From Clostridia bacterium (lineage in GTDB: Bacteria; Bacillota; Clostridia; Oscillospirales; CAG-272), in NCBI GenBank assembly GCA_017550115.1, contig JAFYLR010000016.1, forward strand, positions 1 to 56,804: 56,804 bases of DNA, given 5' to 3'. Both the position numbers and the translations under genes were made by a program. Below, piece after piece: positions 36,277 through 46,702 of this stretch. How positions within the stretch are numbered: the first letter of the stretch is position 1; the number at the start of each line of letters is the position of its first letter. The notes under the pieces were generated by a model. It saw nothing but the letters and a program-made list of their open reading frames with translations. It did no database searches and was not told the origin of the DNA.

Positions 36277-36317
36277 AAAAAAGTTGTATCTTGACTTTTG
36301 AGCCAAGATACAACTTT
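36277..36317 (-). terminator. Intrinsic terminator after prs
   Basis: On the minus strand: AAAGTTGTATCTTG-loop-CAAGATACAACTTTTTT. Confidence 0.8.
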
Positions 36318-36337
36318 GAAAATTTTATCTGATTTAA

Positions 36338-37489
36338 TTATTTGTGCTCGTCAAATTTTATCGAAAGCTGTTTTGTCATGTCTTTCTTATGACGGTCAAG
36401 GAGGCTTTGAATACGCTCCATGGGACTGAGCAGCTTACTGATCGTTGCGTCGTGATTAAGAGTATCTATAATATAGGAAACATACTTGCACATATTTACT
36501 TCGCAATACCATTCCTTTGAGAGAAGCTCAGGAGTGCGGTAAACGAGGTTTGTTGTAAATATGCAGTCGAAGAGACCGTCGGCATATGCACGGTCGAACT
36601 TTTCAAAGCCGTCTGTGAACAGACCGAATGTTTCGAAAATGAAGATTCTCTTCGCACCCTTTTGCTTGATCTGCATAGCAACGTCGATGATCGACTCTCC
36701 TGAAGAGATCATATCGTCAACGATGATAGCGTCCTTGCCGGTCAGGTCGTTACCGAGATATTCATGAGCCTCGATCGGATTTCTGCCGTTTACGATAACG
36801 GAATAATTACGGCGCTTATAGAACATGCCGATATCAAGACCGAGAACGGAGGAATAGTACATACAACGGCTCATAGCACCCTCGTCGGGAGAAATTATCA
36901 TAAGCTCGTTCTTGTCTATGGAAATATCGGGGAATCTCTTAATAAGAGCTTTTATCATTTGATATGTCGGGTGTATATTCTCGAAACCGCAGAGGGGGAT
37001 AGCGTTCTGAACTCTGGGGTCGTGTGCATCAAAGGTGAGGATATTGGTAACGCCGAGCGCTTCAAGTTCTCTGAGTGCCATTGCACAGTCGAGAGATTCT
37101 CTTGATGAGCGTTTGTGCTGTCTGCCTTCATAGAGCATAGGCATAATAACGGAAACTCTTCTTGCCTTACCTGCATTTGCACTGATGATACGCTTCAGAT
37201 CTGCGAAGTGATCGTCCGGACTCATGGGGACTTCCTTGCCGTACATCTTGTATGTAACGCCATAGTTAAAGGGATCGCAAACGATATAAACGTCATGTCC
37301 TCTGAGAGATTTTGAAATAGTACCCTTTGCTTCACCTGTGCCGAATCTGGGGCAGTTTACGTCAACGATAAAGGAGACTTCATCGCTGTGTCTTCTCCAT
37401 TCCTTGAGATAGCTGTCAACCTGAGCTACAAACTGCTCACAGCCCTTCATTCCTATGACACTGAGCTCTCCATAAAGTGAATCCTTCAT
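36338..37489 (-). CDS. prs: Ribose-phosphate pyrophosphokinase (long clostridial type)
   Basis: PRPP-binding loop DAIIVDDMISSGESI, plus the DAHDPRVQN block. RBS GGAGGA precedes the ATG at 37489. Confidence 0.8.
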   Translation of the reverse strand: MKDSLYGELSVIGMKGCEQFVAQVDSYLKEWRRHSDEVSFIVDVNCPRFGTGEAKGTISKSLRGHDVYIVCDPFNYGVTYKMYGKEVPMSPDDHFADLKRIISANAGKARRVSVIMPMLYEGRQHKRSSRESLDCAMALRELEALGVTNILTFDAHDPRVQNAIPLCGFENIHPTYQMIKALIKRFPDISIDKNELMIISPDEGAMSRCMYYSSVLGLDIGMFYKRRNYSVIVNGRNPIEAHEYLGNDLTGKDAIIVDDMISSGESIIDVAMQIKQKGAKRIFIFETFGLFTDGFEKFDRAYADGLFDCIFTTNLVYRTPELLSKEWYCEVNMCKYVSYIIDTLNHDATISKLLSPMERIQSLLDRHKKDMTKQLSIKFDEHK

Positions 37490-37664
37490 AAGTCCTCCGA
37501 TTTTTTTGTATTTGATTTTGAACTTTGTACCTATATTATAACACATATTTTACGTTTTGAAAATACAAAAGGTACTTTTTTTCGACTTTTTTTACTTTTT
37601 GTTGCTTTGCATAAATTCGAGGATAAAAATTCGTCATTTTTTGAAATTTTACTTAAAAATGATT

Positions 37665-40052
37665 TTATTTCAGCTCGACTATGGTGACTCCGAAATCTCC
37701 CTCGCCGTATTCTGCAGTTTTGTATAAACCAACGCGACGATCTCCTTTGAGGTAATTCCATAAAGCCTTTCGAAGTGCACCTGTTCCCTTACCGTGAATA
37801 AGTCTGACGCTCCTTATTCCTGCCACAAGAGCCTCGTCAAGATATTTGTCAACCACAAACCAAGCCTCGTCTCCCATCATGCCTCGCAGGTCTATTTCGG
37901 CCTTGAAATTTCGGCTGACTGTCAGCTTATAATCCTTTATAGCCTTTTGCTTTTTCTCGGCATCGGTTATCGTGACAGAGCTTTCGATCAATCTCAGATC
38001 CGCGATCTTTGCACGGGTTTTAAGGATTCCCGCCTGAATGTTTACAACGTCCTTTCCATCAGGATCATCAAGAATAAATCCTTTTTTATTTATGCTGACG
38101 ATAAGGACTTCGTCTCCTTTCTTGAGAGCTCTTGGAAGAACGTATTCTTCGTTTGAGCGTTCCTCTATCGGATCAAAATTGTTCTCGTTTTGCTTCAGAT
38201 GCTCTCTTACGTTTCTGCGGGCGGCGTCAAGTGCCTGTCCGAGATTTTCTGCGTCCTTCTGCTTTTTGAGACGCGTCATTTCTTCAAGGATATAATCACT
38301 TGAAGCCTTTGCGGAGCGTATCATAGCCGCCGCCTTTTCTTTTGCCTTTGAGGTCTCGCTCTCGCTTTCTCGTAAACGCCTTTCGATGATCTTTTCGGAC
38401 TCTGCCTTGAATTTTTCGTAATCAAGACGCATTTGTTCTGTTTCTTCGCGAGATTTTTCCATCTCAAGTCGGCTGATCTCAAGCTTTTCTATAACGTCCT
38501 CAAAGCGTTTGTTGTCAGAGCTTACCTGAGTCCTTGCCCTCTCAAGTATTCTTTCGGGAAGTCCGAGCTTTTGTGATATTGCAAAAGCGTTTGATTTACC
38601 GGGTGTGCCGATGATGAGCTTATAGGTAGGTTTAAGAGTAGTTACGTCAAATTCGCAGGAAGCGTTGCACACGCCGGGTGTTTCAAGTGCATATGCTTTA
38701 AGCTCGGCATAGTGCGTAGTTGAAGCACAGAGAGCCCCCGATTCCCGTACGTCCTCGATCACGGCGACCGCAAGTGCCGCACCCTCAATGGGGTCGGTGC
38801 CCACTCCCAGCTCGTCAAAAAGCACGAGTGAATTCGGAGTTAAACGTTCGATAATCGAAACGATATTTACCATATGTGAGCTGAACGTTGAGAGCGACTG
38901 CTCAATACTTTGCTCGTCTCCTATATCAGCGAGAATATTATCGAAAACACAGATGCTCGAAGGCTCCTCTGCGGGAATATGAAGACCGGATTGTGCCATA
39001 AGAGCAAAAAGTCCCAAGGTCTTCAAGGTTACGGTTTTACCGCCTGTGTTGGGGCCTGTTATAACTAGAGTGTCAAAATCCTCTCCAAGCCGCACGTCGA
39101 TGGGTACGACTTTTTCTTTCGGAATAAGAGGGTGTCTGGCTCTTTTGAGGTTTATAGAACGGTCGCCCGAGAGCGTTGGCCTTATGCCGTCCATTTTTTC
39201 GGAGAGGGAAGCACGGGCGAAAATAAATGCAAGCTCGGTAATGTTCTTGTAGTTCAAAAGAAGGGAGGGGGAAATCTTTGCGACTTCGCCCGAAAGCTCG
39301 TAAAGAATACGCTCGATCTCGTGCTGTTCTTTTGACTCAAGCTCACGAAGCTCGTTGTTTGCGTCAACTACGGCAATAGGCTCGATAAAGAGAGTAGCTC
39401 CCGAGGACGAGCTGTCGTGAAGAAGTCCTTTTATGTCGTTTTTGTGTTCTGCTTTAACGGGAACAACATATCTGCCGTTTCGCATGGTGACGATGTTCTC
39501 CTGCAAGAACTTTGCATGTGAGCCGCCTACGTATCTCTGAAGAATTTCCTTTATTTTGTTGTTTGCGGAACGCATTTTTCGGCGTATGTCGGCAAGGGTA
39601 GAGCTTGCCTCGTCTGCTATCATATCTTCGGAGATAATTGCTCTTGATATTTTATCCTCAAGAGATCTTGAGGGAATAAGACGCTCAAAAATATCATCAA
39701 GGGAGGTTTCCGACGTCTTGTTATTTCTTATATAATCGAGCAGCATTCTCGAGGAACGCAAGAGAGATGCGACAGAAAGAAGCTCACGCGCAGAAAGAGC
39801 CGCACCCTTTTCGGCTCGCTCACATATATCATTCATATCGTGAACATCTCCGAATGGCGGCATTCCTTTTATGTCGAGAAGCGAACGAGCATCGCTCGTA
39901 TGTCTTTGCCCTCGTAAAATATTGTCCGCATCGTCTGACGGTGCAAGAGCATAAGCCATTTGTTTTGCCCCTTCGGTGAGCGCACAGTCTGCCAACATCT
40001 GTCTTATACTGTCAAATTCAAGCGTTTTCAGTGCTTTTTCGTTTATTTGCAT
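37665..40052 (-). CDS. mutS2: Endonuclease MutS2
   Basis: Walker A ITGPNTGGKT and DELGVGTDP motifs, a long coiled-coil, and a C-terminal Smr domain (IDLRGM...RLIHGKGTGALR). Confidence 0.92.
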   Translation of the reverse strand: MQINEKALKTLEFDSIRQMLADCALTEGAKQMAYALAPSDDADNILRGQRHTSDARSLLDIKGMPPFGDVHDMNDICERAEKGAALSARELLSVASLLRSSRMLLDYIRNNKTSETSLDDIFERLIPSRSLEDKISRAIISEDMIADEASSTLADIRRKMRSANNKIKEILQRYVGGSHAKFLQENIVTMRNGRYVVPVKAEHKNDIKGLLHDSSSSGATLFIEPIAVVDANNELRELESKEQHEIERILYELSGEVAKISPSLLLNYKNITELAFIFARASLSEKMDGIRPTLSGDRSINLKRARHPLIPKEKVVPIDVRLGEDFDTLVITGPNTGGKTVTLKTLGLFALMAQSGLHIPAEEPSSICVFDNILADIGDEQSIEQSLSTFSSHMVNIVSIIERLTPNSLVLFDELGVGTDPIEGAALAVAVIEDVRESGALCASTTHYAELKAYALETPGVCNASCEFDVTTLKPTYKLIIGTPGKSNAFAISQKLGLPERILERARTQVSSDNKRFEDVIEKLEISRLEMEKSREETEQMRLDYEKFKAESEKIIERRLRESESETSKAKEKAAAMIRSAKASSDYILEEMTRLKKQKDAENLGQALDAARRNVREHLKQNENNFDPIEERSNEEYVLPRALKKGDEVLIVSINKKGFILDDPDGKDVVNIQAGILKTRAKIADLRLIESSVTITDAEKKQKAIKDYKLTVSRNFKAEIDLRGMMGDEAWFVVDKYLDEALVAGIRSVRLIHGKGTGALRKALWNYLKGDRRVGLYKTAEYGEGDFGVTIVELK

Positions 40053-40136
40053 TTTTATGATCAAGCCTTTCGATATGAAAGTATTCCTTTCTCAAGGAGT
40101 TAGGGGAAACCAAAGTCCGAAAGTTTGTTTTCAAAC

Positions 40137-40937
40137 TTATGTTCTTAAAAGTGATTTATAAAAATTGAGCGTAGCGAAATCTCGCTCAAGGTGGTGCAGA
40201 AGATAGGTCTCGGCCGCGTGAGAAAAATATCTCATTTCAGCCTCGTCTGTAAGATCGAATGAAAACATTCGCTCAGAAGGAGCTTGAAGTGCATATTTCA
40301 TGGCGGTGATAGAGCTTTGCGTAAGTCTGCAGTAAACTATCCTCTCCGAGAGTTCGGGATTATCGTACATTTCCTTTTGTGCCGCATCAAGATGCTTTTG
40401 AGAGCAGTCTTTGCAGTAAATACAACCGTTCATAACGTCAAGCATAGCTTCCTTTGGGGCAGTGTTGCCGCATACGTGGCAATATTCAAGGTCGGGCATA
40501 AAACCCGAGAAGCCCGCCGCCCTCATTTCATATACCGCTTTGATTATCGGTCGGGGATATAGCTCTTTTGAGAGGGCATAGAACGAGTTGAGCGTCATTC
40601 TGAGAACATCTACACTTGACACTCCCTCACCTGTGATGTCGCAGGCAACCTCACACAGATAAGAGGCCAGAGCCATACTTTCAATATCCCGTGAAAGCCC
40701 AAAAAAAGGCTCAATCACCGAAAAATCCTTTATATATCGGTATTCGCCTTTTTTGTAAAGCTCGTAATTGCCGTATGTAAAAAGCTTAGTCGCAGGGCCG
40801 AGCTTCGAGCGAGAGGAACGCACTCCCTTTGCCGAAACTGTTATCTGTCCTTCAGATGGAGAGAGGAGGGTGAGAATTTTATCATGCTCACCTACGGCGA
40901 CCTCACGTAAAACAAGAGCATCTGTTCCGTATATCAC
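40137..40937 (-). CDS. recO: DNA repair protein RecO
   Basis: N-terminal OB-fold pattern (DALVLREVAVGEHDKILTLL), and a zinc motif CHVCG...CIYCKDC. GTG start after GGAGGGG. Confidence 0.85.
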   Translation of the reverse strand: MIYGTDALVLREVAVGEHDKILTLLSPSEGQITVSAKGVRSSRSKLGPATKLFTYGNYELYKKGEYRYIKDFSVIEPFFGLSRDIESMALASYLCEVACDITGEGVSSVDVLRMTLNSFYALSKELYPRPIIKAVYEMRAAGFSGFMPDLEYCHVCGNTAPKEAMLDVMNGCIYCKDCSQKHLDAAQKEMYDNPELSERIVYCRLTQSSITAMKYALQAPSERMFSFDLTDEAEMRYFSHAAETYLLHHLERDFATLNFYKSLLRT

Positions 40938-40971
40938 TTTTTCCCCTCCATTTCCTTAGATTATCTGAATA

Positions 40972-41865
40972 TTATTCGTTGTCCTGCTTGTAGCCGAAGT
41001 TGTTTATTGCCGTCATGCTGTCGCGCCAATTTTCCTTGACCTTAACCCAAAGGTTGAGATATACCTTTGTTCCGAGGATTCTTTCAAGGTCCTGTCTTGC
41101 GTATGTTCCGACGAGCTTGAGAGCCTCCCCATTCTTGCCGACGATAATTCCTTTGTGCGAAGCCTTCTCGCAGAATATTTCGGCTCTTATACGCAAAAGT
41201 CTGCCTTCGTCCTTAAATTCCTCGATTACGACAGCCGTTCCATGCGGAACTTCTTTATCAAGTGTTTTGAGTAGCTTTTCACGGATTATCTCTGCCGCAA
41301 GCTGACGCTCGGGCTGGTCTGTCGCAATATCGTCGGGAAAGAAAAATGCCTCTGTTTCCATGAGAAATTTTTCACATTCGTCAAGTACGGCACGTGTTCC
41401 TTGCTCTTTTTTTGCAGACATAGGTATGAACGCATCAAAATCGTGAAGTGCGGCGTATGTCTTTATCGTTTCTGCTATGGTGACAGCGTCGGTCAAGTCG
41501 GTTTTGTTTATTGCGACAATAGAGGGGATCTCTGTGTTCTTTATATAAGAAATCACGTTTTCCTCGACCTGCGTTATAGGCTTTCCCGCCTCAACCACAA
41601 GGATTACCGCATCAGAGTCTCTCATAGAGGAGTTTGCGGCACCTACCATATAATCTCCGAGCTTGTTTTTAGGAGAGTGCATACCCGGTGTGTCAAGGAA
41701 AACGAACTGATTTTCACCGACGGTATGTATTCCGATGATACGGTTTCTCGTCGTTTGCGGTTTGTTTGAGACGATTGCGACCTTCTCTCCTAAAATTGCG
41801 TTGAGTAGAGTGGATTTGCCCACGTTAGGTCTGCCTACTATAGCTATAAATCCTGTTTTTTTCAT
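40972..41865 (-). CDS. era: GTPase Era
   Basis: Motifs GRPNVGKST, DTPG, NKTD and a KH domain. RBS GAGGAA precedes the ATG at 41865. Confidence 0.92.
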   Translation of the reverse strand: MKKTGFIAIVGRPNVGKSTLLNAILGEKVAIVSNKPQTTRNRIIGIHTVGENQFVFLDTPGMHSPKNKLGDYMVGAANSSMRDSDAVILVVEAGKPITQVEENVISYIKNTEIPSIVAINKTDLTDAVTIAETIKTYAALHDFDAFIPMSAKKEQGTRAVLDECEKFLMETEAFFFPDDIATDQPERQLAAEIIREKLLKTLDKEVPHGTAVVIEEFKDEGRLLRIRAEIFCEKASHKGIIVGKNGEALKLVGTYARQDLERILGTKVYLNLWVKVKENWRDSMTAINNFGYKQDNE

Positions 41866-41875
41866 AATTCGTTCC

Positions 41876-42355
41876 TCAATTTCTGTCAAGTCCTATTTTT
41901 TGCATAATCTCTTTTTGACGCCGACACATATCTGCGTCGTCTTCTTCGGAGGTTTCATGGTCATATCCGAGAAGGTGGAGCATAGAGTGGACGCATAAAA
42001 AAGCAACCTCTCTCTCAAAGCTGTGACCGTATTCCTCGGCCTGCTCTCTCGCCTTTTCGAGAGATATTACTATATCTCCGAGCATTGTTTCAAGCTCGCT
42101 CGAAAGGGAAGTGTCATCTGCGTTAAAATCAATGAGAGGGAAGGAGAGCACGTCTGTTGGACGGTCAACGTCACGGTACTGTTTGTTGAGGGCGTGTATT
42201 TTTTCATTATCGGTAAAGGTTACCGAAATCTCTGCCATTCTATTATAATTTTCATATTCAAGGGTCGCTTCAATTGCCTTTGTCAATAGCTTTGTCAGCT
42301 TTCCTATGCGTTTTTCTTTCTTTTGTTGATTTTCAAAATATATCTGAAGCTTCAT
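41876..42355 (-). CDS. ybeY: rRNA maturation endoribonuclease YbeY
   Basis: HSMLHLLGYDH metal-binding motif. Confidence 0.9.
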   Translation of the reverse strand: MKLQIYFENQQKKEKRIGKLTKLLTKAIEATLEYENYNRMAEISVTFTDNEKIHALNKQYRDVDRPTDVLSFPLIDFNADDTSLSSELETMLGDIVISLEKAREQAEEYGHSFEREVAFLCVHSMLHLLGYDHETSEEDDADMCRRQKEIMQKIGLDRN

Positions 42356-42366
42356 AATTAAATTCC

Positions 42367-43386
42367 TCAATTTTTTACTCTGAAAGAGCGAGAGTTTTTC
42401 TTTTCTTCGGCTTGAGTCTGCGCGCGTTTTCTGTCGTATTTGTCGTATGCAAGGATTATCTTCTGCACGAGACGGTGACGTACGACGTCGCGGTCTGAAA
42501 AAGAGTGGATTGCAATATCCTCAATGCCGTCAAGTATCTTGACAGCCTCTGCAAGACCGCTTTTCTTGCCGAACGGCAGGTCTGTCTGTGTCAAATCTCC
42601 CGTGACAACGGCTTTTGAGCCGAAGCCGAGACGAGTGAGAAACATTTTCATTTGTTCCGGCGTTGCGTTTTGCGCCTCGTCAAGAATAATGAATGAGTCG
42701 TCAAGAGTTCTGCCTCGCATATAAGCAAGAGGAGCGACCTCTATCGTGTTTTTTTCAAGATGCCGTTGATAGTTTTCAGCACCCATCATTTCATAAAGTG
42801 CGTCATACAAAGGACGCAAATAAGGATCGATCTTATTTTGCAGATCTCCCGGCAAAAAACCGAGCTTTTCACCTGCTTCAACAGCGGGGCGGGTAAGGAT
42901 TATCCTGTTTACCTGCTTGTCCCGAAGAGCCTTAACCGCCATAGCGACGGCGAGAAAGGTTTTTCCTGTACCTGCAGGTCCTACACCAAGAACGATGGTG
43001 TTGTTTTTTATTGCGTCAACATACTGTTTCTGTCCAACAGTCTTTGCCTTTATGGGTTTTCCCCGTGTTGTTATGCAGATGCAATCGTCGCCGGGGGCGA
43101 TGAGCTGATCCTCGTGCCCGTCCGAGACCATGTCAATGACGTAATTGACTTGATTGTCGCTTATATCTTCATTGTAGTCTGCTATTTTTGCAAGATATTT
43201 TATTGCTTTTTCAGCACATGTTACAGAGCCCTCATCTCCGTCGATAAGGACTGCGTCACCCGATGCGTCCGAACGGCTTGAAATATCGACACCAAGTCGT
43301 TTTTCGATGAGCCTGACGTTTGCGTCGTAACTGCCGAAAATTTTTGATATGGTTTCAATAGAGGTAAATCTGACAATCTTTTGCAT
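42367..43386 (-). CDS. phoH: PhoH-family ATPase
   Basis: Walker A GPAGTGKTFLAV and DEAQN. The position upstream of ybeY is conserved. Confidence 0.9.
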   Translation of the reverse strand: MQKIVRFTSIETISKIFGSYDANVRLIEKRLGVDISSRSDASGDAVLIDGDEGSVTCAEKAIKYLAKIADYNEDISDNQVNYVIDMVSDGHEDQLIAPGDDCICITTRGKPIKAKTVGQKQYVDAIKNNTIVLGVGPAGTGKTFLAVAMAVKALRDKQVNRIILTRPAVEAGEKLGFLPGDLQNKIDPYLRPLYDALYEMMGAENYQRHLEKNTIEVAPLAYMRGRTLDDSFIILDEAQNATPEQMKMFLTRLGFGSKAVVTGDLTQTDLPFGKKSGLAEAVKILDGIEDIAIHSFSDRDVVRHRLVQKIILAYDKYDRKRAQTQAEEKKNSRSFRVKN

Positions 43387-43404
43387 ATATACTCCATTTA
43401 TTTT

Positions 43405-44589
43405 TTATTCTTCCGATATTGGTACGCTCTTTGCGATATTTTGAGAGCATATTATATCACATTCGAGCAAAAATTCATTATCTGTTATCTCTGTTTTTAT
43501 TGTTTTTTTGAGCAGATCTGCGTCCTGCAGCTTTGCGAGTATCATATTTTCAAGCTCAAAAAAAGCTATCTCGGATGCCTCTCTTTCGTCGAGCTTGGCA
43601 CTCACGGTTTGATATTCACTCGTCATCTCGGAGATTATACTCACGGGGAGCGAGGGCAGTCCAAACAAAGAAAGAGAATCCTCCCTTTCTATTTTAACAC
43701 AACTTGACCCTAAATTTCCACCCTTTCTGAAAATATTTATATAAAAAGAGAAAAATTTTAAGGTTTTTTGGGTACAAACCGACCCCGAAAGCTCTTTTTT
43801 ATCATAATTTAATGGGATTTTGACGGAAAAATGATGATTTGTTACAGCATATACCTTTCCGAGAGCACGTTCTGTGCGATATTCTCCGAATTTATTTTCC
43901 GAGATACCGCTGATAAGCAGGTCGCCCTCTCTTACGCTTTGTCTTTCTTTGACAACAGCACTTCCTCTCATCACCTCAAGATATTCTATAACTCCGTCAC
44001 GTGAGGCGACTATATTTGCGGGGGTGTTTGCACCATCGACAGTCTGCGGAAACTCCTTTTCTCTTATCTGTACATACGCTACGTTTCCCGTATAATTTAT
44101 GCTCATCCAAGCTATCTTCTCGGAGGTGAGAAGCACGGAATTTGCTATCTCGTCAACGTCTCTCGCTCCCATTTTAGAGCCTATGGAAAACCCCTTCAAA
44201 GCAAGCTCCGCCCGAACCTCCGCTTCAGTCAGAGAGGAGTTGCCGCTAACTCTTATATCCCATACATAAGAGCCGGACAAGTAAATAATGCAAAATATTA
44301 TAACAGCACCCGCCATCAATCCCCAACGTTTTTTATATTTACCGAGAAGTATAGGAAGTCCACCATATTTGACGTTGTATGCGTACCCTCTCTTGTCAAG
44401 CTCGCATGCAAGCTTTTTTGCACAAAGGAGCGATATTGATAGTCTTATATGGTCGCCGTCGAACTTTATTTTTGAGTAGTGGATCTTGTTTTTTATACAT
44501 ATATCAAGTACGTCCGCAGAATTGCATGTCGGTGTGCTAAGCTCGGCAGAGCCTAAAAGAGCGTTTTTTATTTTTACAAGAAGCGACAT
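43405..44589 (-). CDS. yqfD: Sporulation protein YqfD
   Basis: 394 aa with a central TM. It follows yqfC and precedes phoH, as in Bacillus and Clostridium. Confidence 0.75.
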   Translation of the reverse strand: MSLLVKIKNALLGSAELSTPTCNSADVLDICIKNKIHYSKIKFDGDHIRLSISLLCAKKLACELDKRGYAYNVKYGGLPILLGKYKKRWGLMAGAVIIFCIIYLSGSYVWDIRVSGNSSLTEAEVRAELALKGFSIGSKMGARDVDEIANSVLLTSEKIAWMSINYTGNVAYVQIREKEFPQTVDGANTPANIVASRDGVIEYLEVMRGSAVVKERQSVREGDLLISGISENKFGEYRTERALGKVYAVTNHHFSVKIPLNYDKKELSGSVCTQKTLKFFSFYINIFRKGGNLGSSCVKIEREDSLSLFGLPSLPVSIISEMTSEYQTVSAKLDEREASEIAFFELENMILAKLQDADLLKKTIKTEITDNEFLLECDIICSQNIAKSVPISEE

Positions 44590-44898
44590 TTATTCACCTC
44601 TCTCCTCATAGACAAAACGGTTTATTCTGCCACCGATAACTAAGCTTCCTTCGCAGAATGAAAGGCAATTTAATCTCTCGCCCTCGATTACTATGTCGAA
44701 ATCCGCCATGGCGAGTTTTATTATATCGGGCGAAAAGGTCACTACCTTCCTGCAACCCTCAACGACCGCCTCTCCTCTTCCTCTTATCTCTACTCTGCAC
44801 CCTCCGCAGAGCAGGTCCGCAGGAATATCAAGGCCCTCGCTGAGCTTTTCTTTGAAGGTTCTATGACCGTTTTTTTTGCAATTATCTTTGTTGTCCAT
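44590..44898 (-). CDS. yqfC: Sporulation protein YqfC (YabP/YqfC family)
   Basis: 102 aa. It has the YabP-like pattern (EIRGRGEAVVEGCRKVVTFSPDIIKL...LVIGGRI) and directly abuts yqfD. Confidence 0.75.
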   Translation of the reverse strand: MDNKDNCKKNGHRTFKEKLSEGLDIPADLLCGGCRVEIRGRGEAVVEGCRKVVTFSPDIIKLAMADFDIVIEGERLNCLSFCEGSLVIGGRINRFVYEERGE

Positions 44899-44998
44899 TT
44901 TGCCTCCCTCGCTATGATTGGTCTTTGGAATAGCGTATTTTACCGTAGCATAAAATGAAGTGTTTCAGAAACAATTCTATGCTTTGGGAGGCTCTTAA

Positions 44999-46120
44999 AT
45001 GACGTTTGGAAAAAAGAGAGGGGCAAAGAGCCTCTCATCTGCTATATTTTTTATGATAACCGTATGTGCATTTGCGTCACTTCTGAAAAATCCGGATATA
45101 GCGATAGGCTATATGCGTCAAGGTTTGAGACTTTGTGCTAAAATAGTTATCCCGTCTCTTTTTCCTTTTATGGTTTTGTCGGGACTTTTTGTCGAGCTTG
45201 GGGTAAGTGACTTTTTTTCGCGTATTCTTTGGCGTCCGATGCGGACTCTTTTCGGAATCAGCGGACAAGGAAGCTCGGCACCGATAATGGGGGCGGTATG
45301 CGGTTTTCCCGTGGGTGCATTGACGGCAAAAAGACTTTACGATAGAGGCGAGATAAGCCGAGAGGAATTCAGCCGTTTGCTGACCTTCTCAAACAACGCA
45401 AGTTCTGCTTTTCTTATAAGTGCAACAGGAAGTGCCTTATGGTCAAATGCTAAATTCGGTGTAGTGCTGTACGTTATTCAGATAATTACAGCCGTTATTA
45501 TAGGAGTGGCACAGAGAATTATTTTTCCGATAAAAAATTCAGGGGCGATGCTTGAAACTGAGGACGGCGGGCGTGATGCGGCGTCGGTTCGCATATTCGT
45601 AAAAGTCGTATCAGAGTCCGCACTTTCAATGCTGAACGTATGTGCACTTATTCTTTTTTTTGCATCGGTGGTGGGAGCACTTATTTCAACTCTTGAGGGG
45701 CTTGGGTGCACTCAAACCGTGAAGGCTCTCATATACGGATTTTTTGAAATATCGGGAGCGGTGAGTGAAGCTGCGAAGGTTTTACCGCATGAGACGGGAA
45801 TGGTTATAACGGCACTTGTTTGCGGCTGGTCCGGACTCTGCATTCATTTTCAGATAATTGCACTTTGCGGAGATTCCGGGATCAGCTTTGCACCGTATTT
45901 TGCCGCAAAAGCGGCACAAGGAGTGCTTTCTGCTCTCGCAATGCTTTTTTATATAAAAGTTATAGATCCTTCGCTTCCGTCACTTTGCGTTCCTGCGTTC
46001 GCTCGTATCATCGACGAAAAAAACACCGTACTTACCATTGTGGCAAATGCGGTGTTTGTATTTGGAGTTTTTGTTTTTGCCAAAAAACGTTTTCGCTCTT
46101 CACGGGTATTTACTCACTGA
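44999..46120 (+). CDS. ylbJ: Nucleoside-recognition-domain integral membrane protein, YlbJ-like (sporulation)
   Basis: Multi-pass membrane protein. The N-terminal region GLRLCAKIVIPSLFPFMVLSGL is typical of YlbJ. Confidence 0.5.
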   Translation: MTFGKKRGAKSLSSAIFFMITVCAFASLLKNPDIAIGYMRQGLRLCAKIVIPSLFPFMVLSGLFVELGVSDFFSRILWRPMRTLFGISGQGSSAPIMGAVCGFPVGALTAKRLYDRGEISREEFSRLLTFSNNASSAFLISATGSALWSNAKFGVVLYVIQIITAVIIGVAQRIIFPIKNSGAMLETEDGGRDAASVRIFVKVVSESALSMLNVCALILFFASVVGALISTLEGLGCTQTVKALIYGFFEISGAVSEAAKVLPHETGMVITALVCGWSGLCIHFQIIALCGDSGISFAPYFAAKAAQGVLSALAMLFYIKVIDPSLPSLCVPAFARIIDEKNTVLTIVANAVFVFGVFVFAKKRFRSSRVFTH

Positions 46121-46702
46121 CCTCTGTTCTATTGATCGCAACAAATAAAAAACCTTTACAGTCGCCAGAGTATCATCATACGCTCTGTGTGCATTTTCTC
46201 TTGAAATGCCGAAAAAGTCGGAAAGTGACGAGAGAGAAAGACTTTCGGGCAGATTTGTAATTTTCTTTAATTTTTTTGCGTATGTAAGAGTGTCAAAGAG
46301 TTGATTTTCTATTTGTGAGCCTAGAAGAGCTGCTTCGCGACAGATAAATTTACTGTCATATGAAACGATATTATGCCCGAGCAGTATATCGTCGCCGATG
46401 AAACGAAGAAAATCCGGCATTACGTCCTCAATCTTAGGTGCATTGGCGACCATAATATTCGTTATCCCCGTTATTTCTTCAATAAGAGAGGGAATGTACT
46501 TTCTCGGTCTTACTAGCGTGTCAAATCGCCGCACAGCCTTTCCGTCTCTAACTCTTATTGCGGCAATTTCTATGATGTCCTCTGTGCGTTTAAGACCTGT
46601 TGTTTCAAGGTCGAGAGCGACGAAATTGTCAAAATTGGGAGTGCTTATAACAGGCGGAGGAATAGGAGTCACCTTTCTCGGAGGGTGAAGATAGCTTTTC
46701 AT
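46100..46702 (-). CDS. DnaQ-like 3'-5' exonuclease domain protein
   Basis: ExoI FVALDLETTGL, ExoII GHNIVSYDSKF, ExoIII HRAYDD. The ATG at 46702 forms an ATGA overlap with the upstream stop. Confidence 0.8.
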   Translation of the reverse strand: MKSYLHPPRKVTPIPPPVISTPNFDNFVALDLETTGLKRTEDIIEIAAIRVRDGKAVRRFDTLVRPRKYIPSLIEEITGITNIMVANAPKIEDVMPDFLRFIGDDILLGHNIVSYDSKFICREAALLGSQIENQLFDTLTYAKKLKKITNLPESLSLSSLSDFFGISRENAHRAYDDTLATVKVFYLLRSIEQRSVSKYP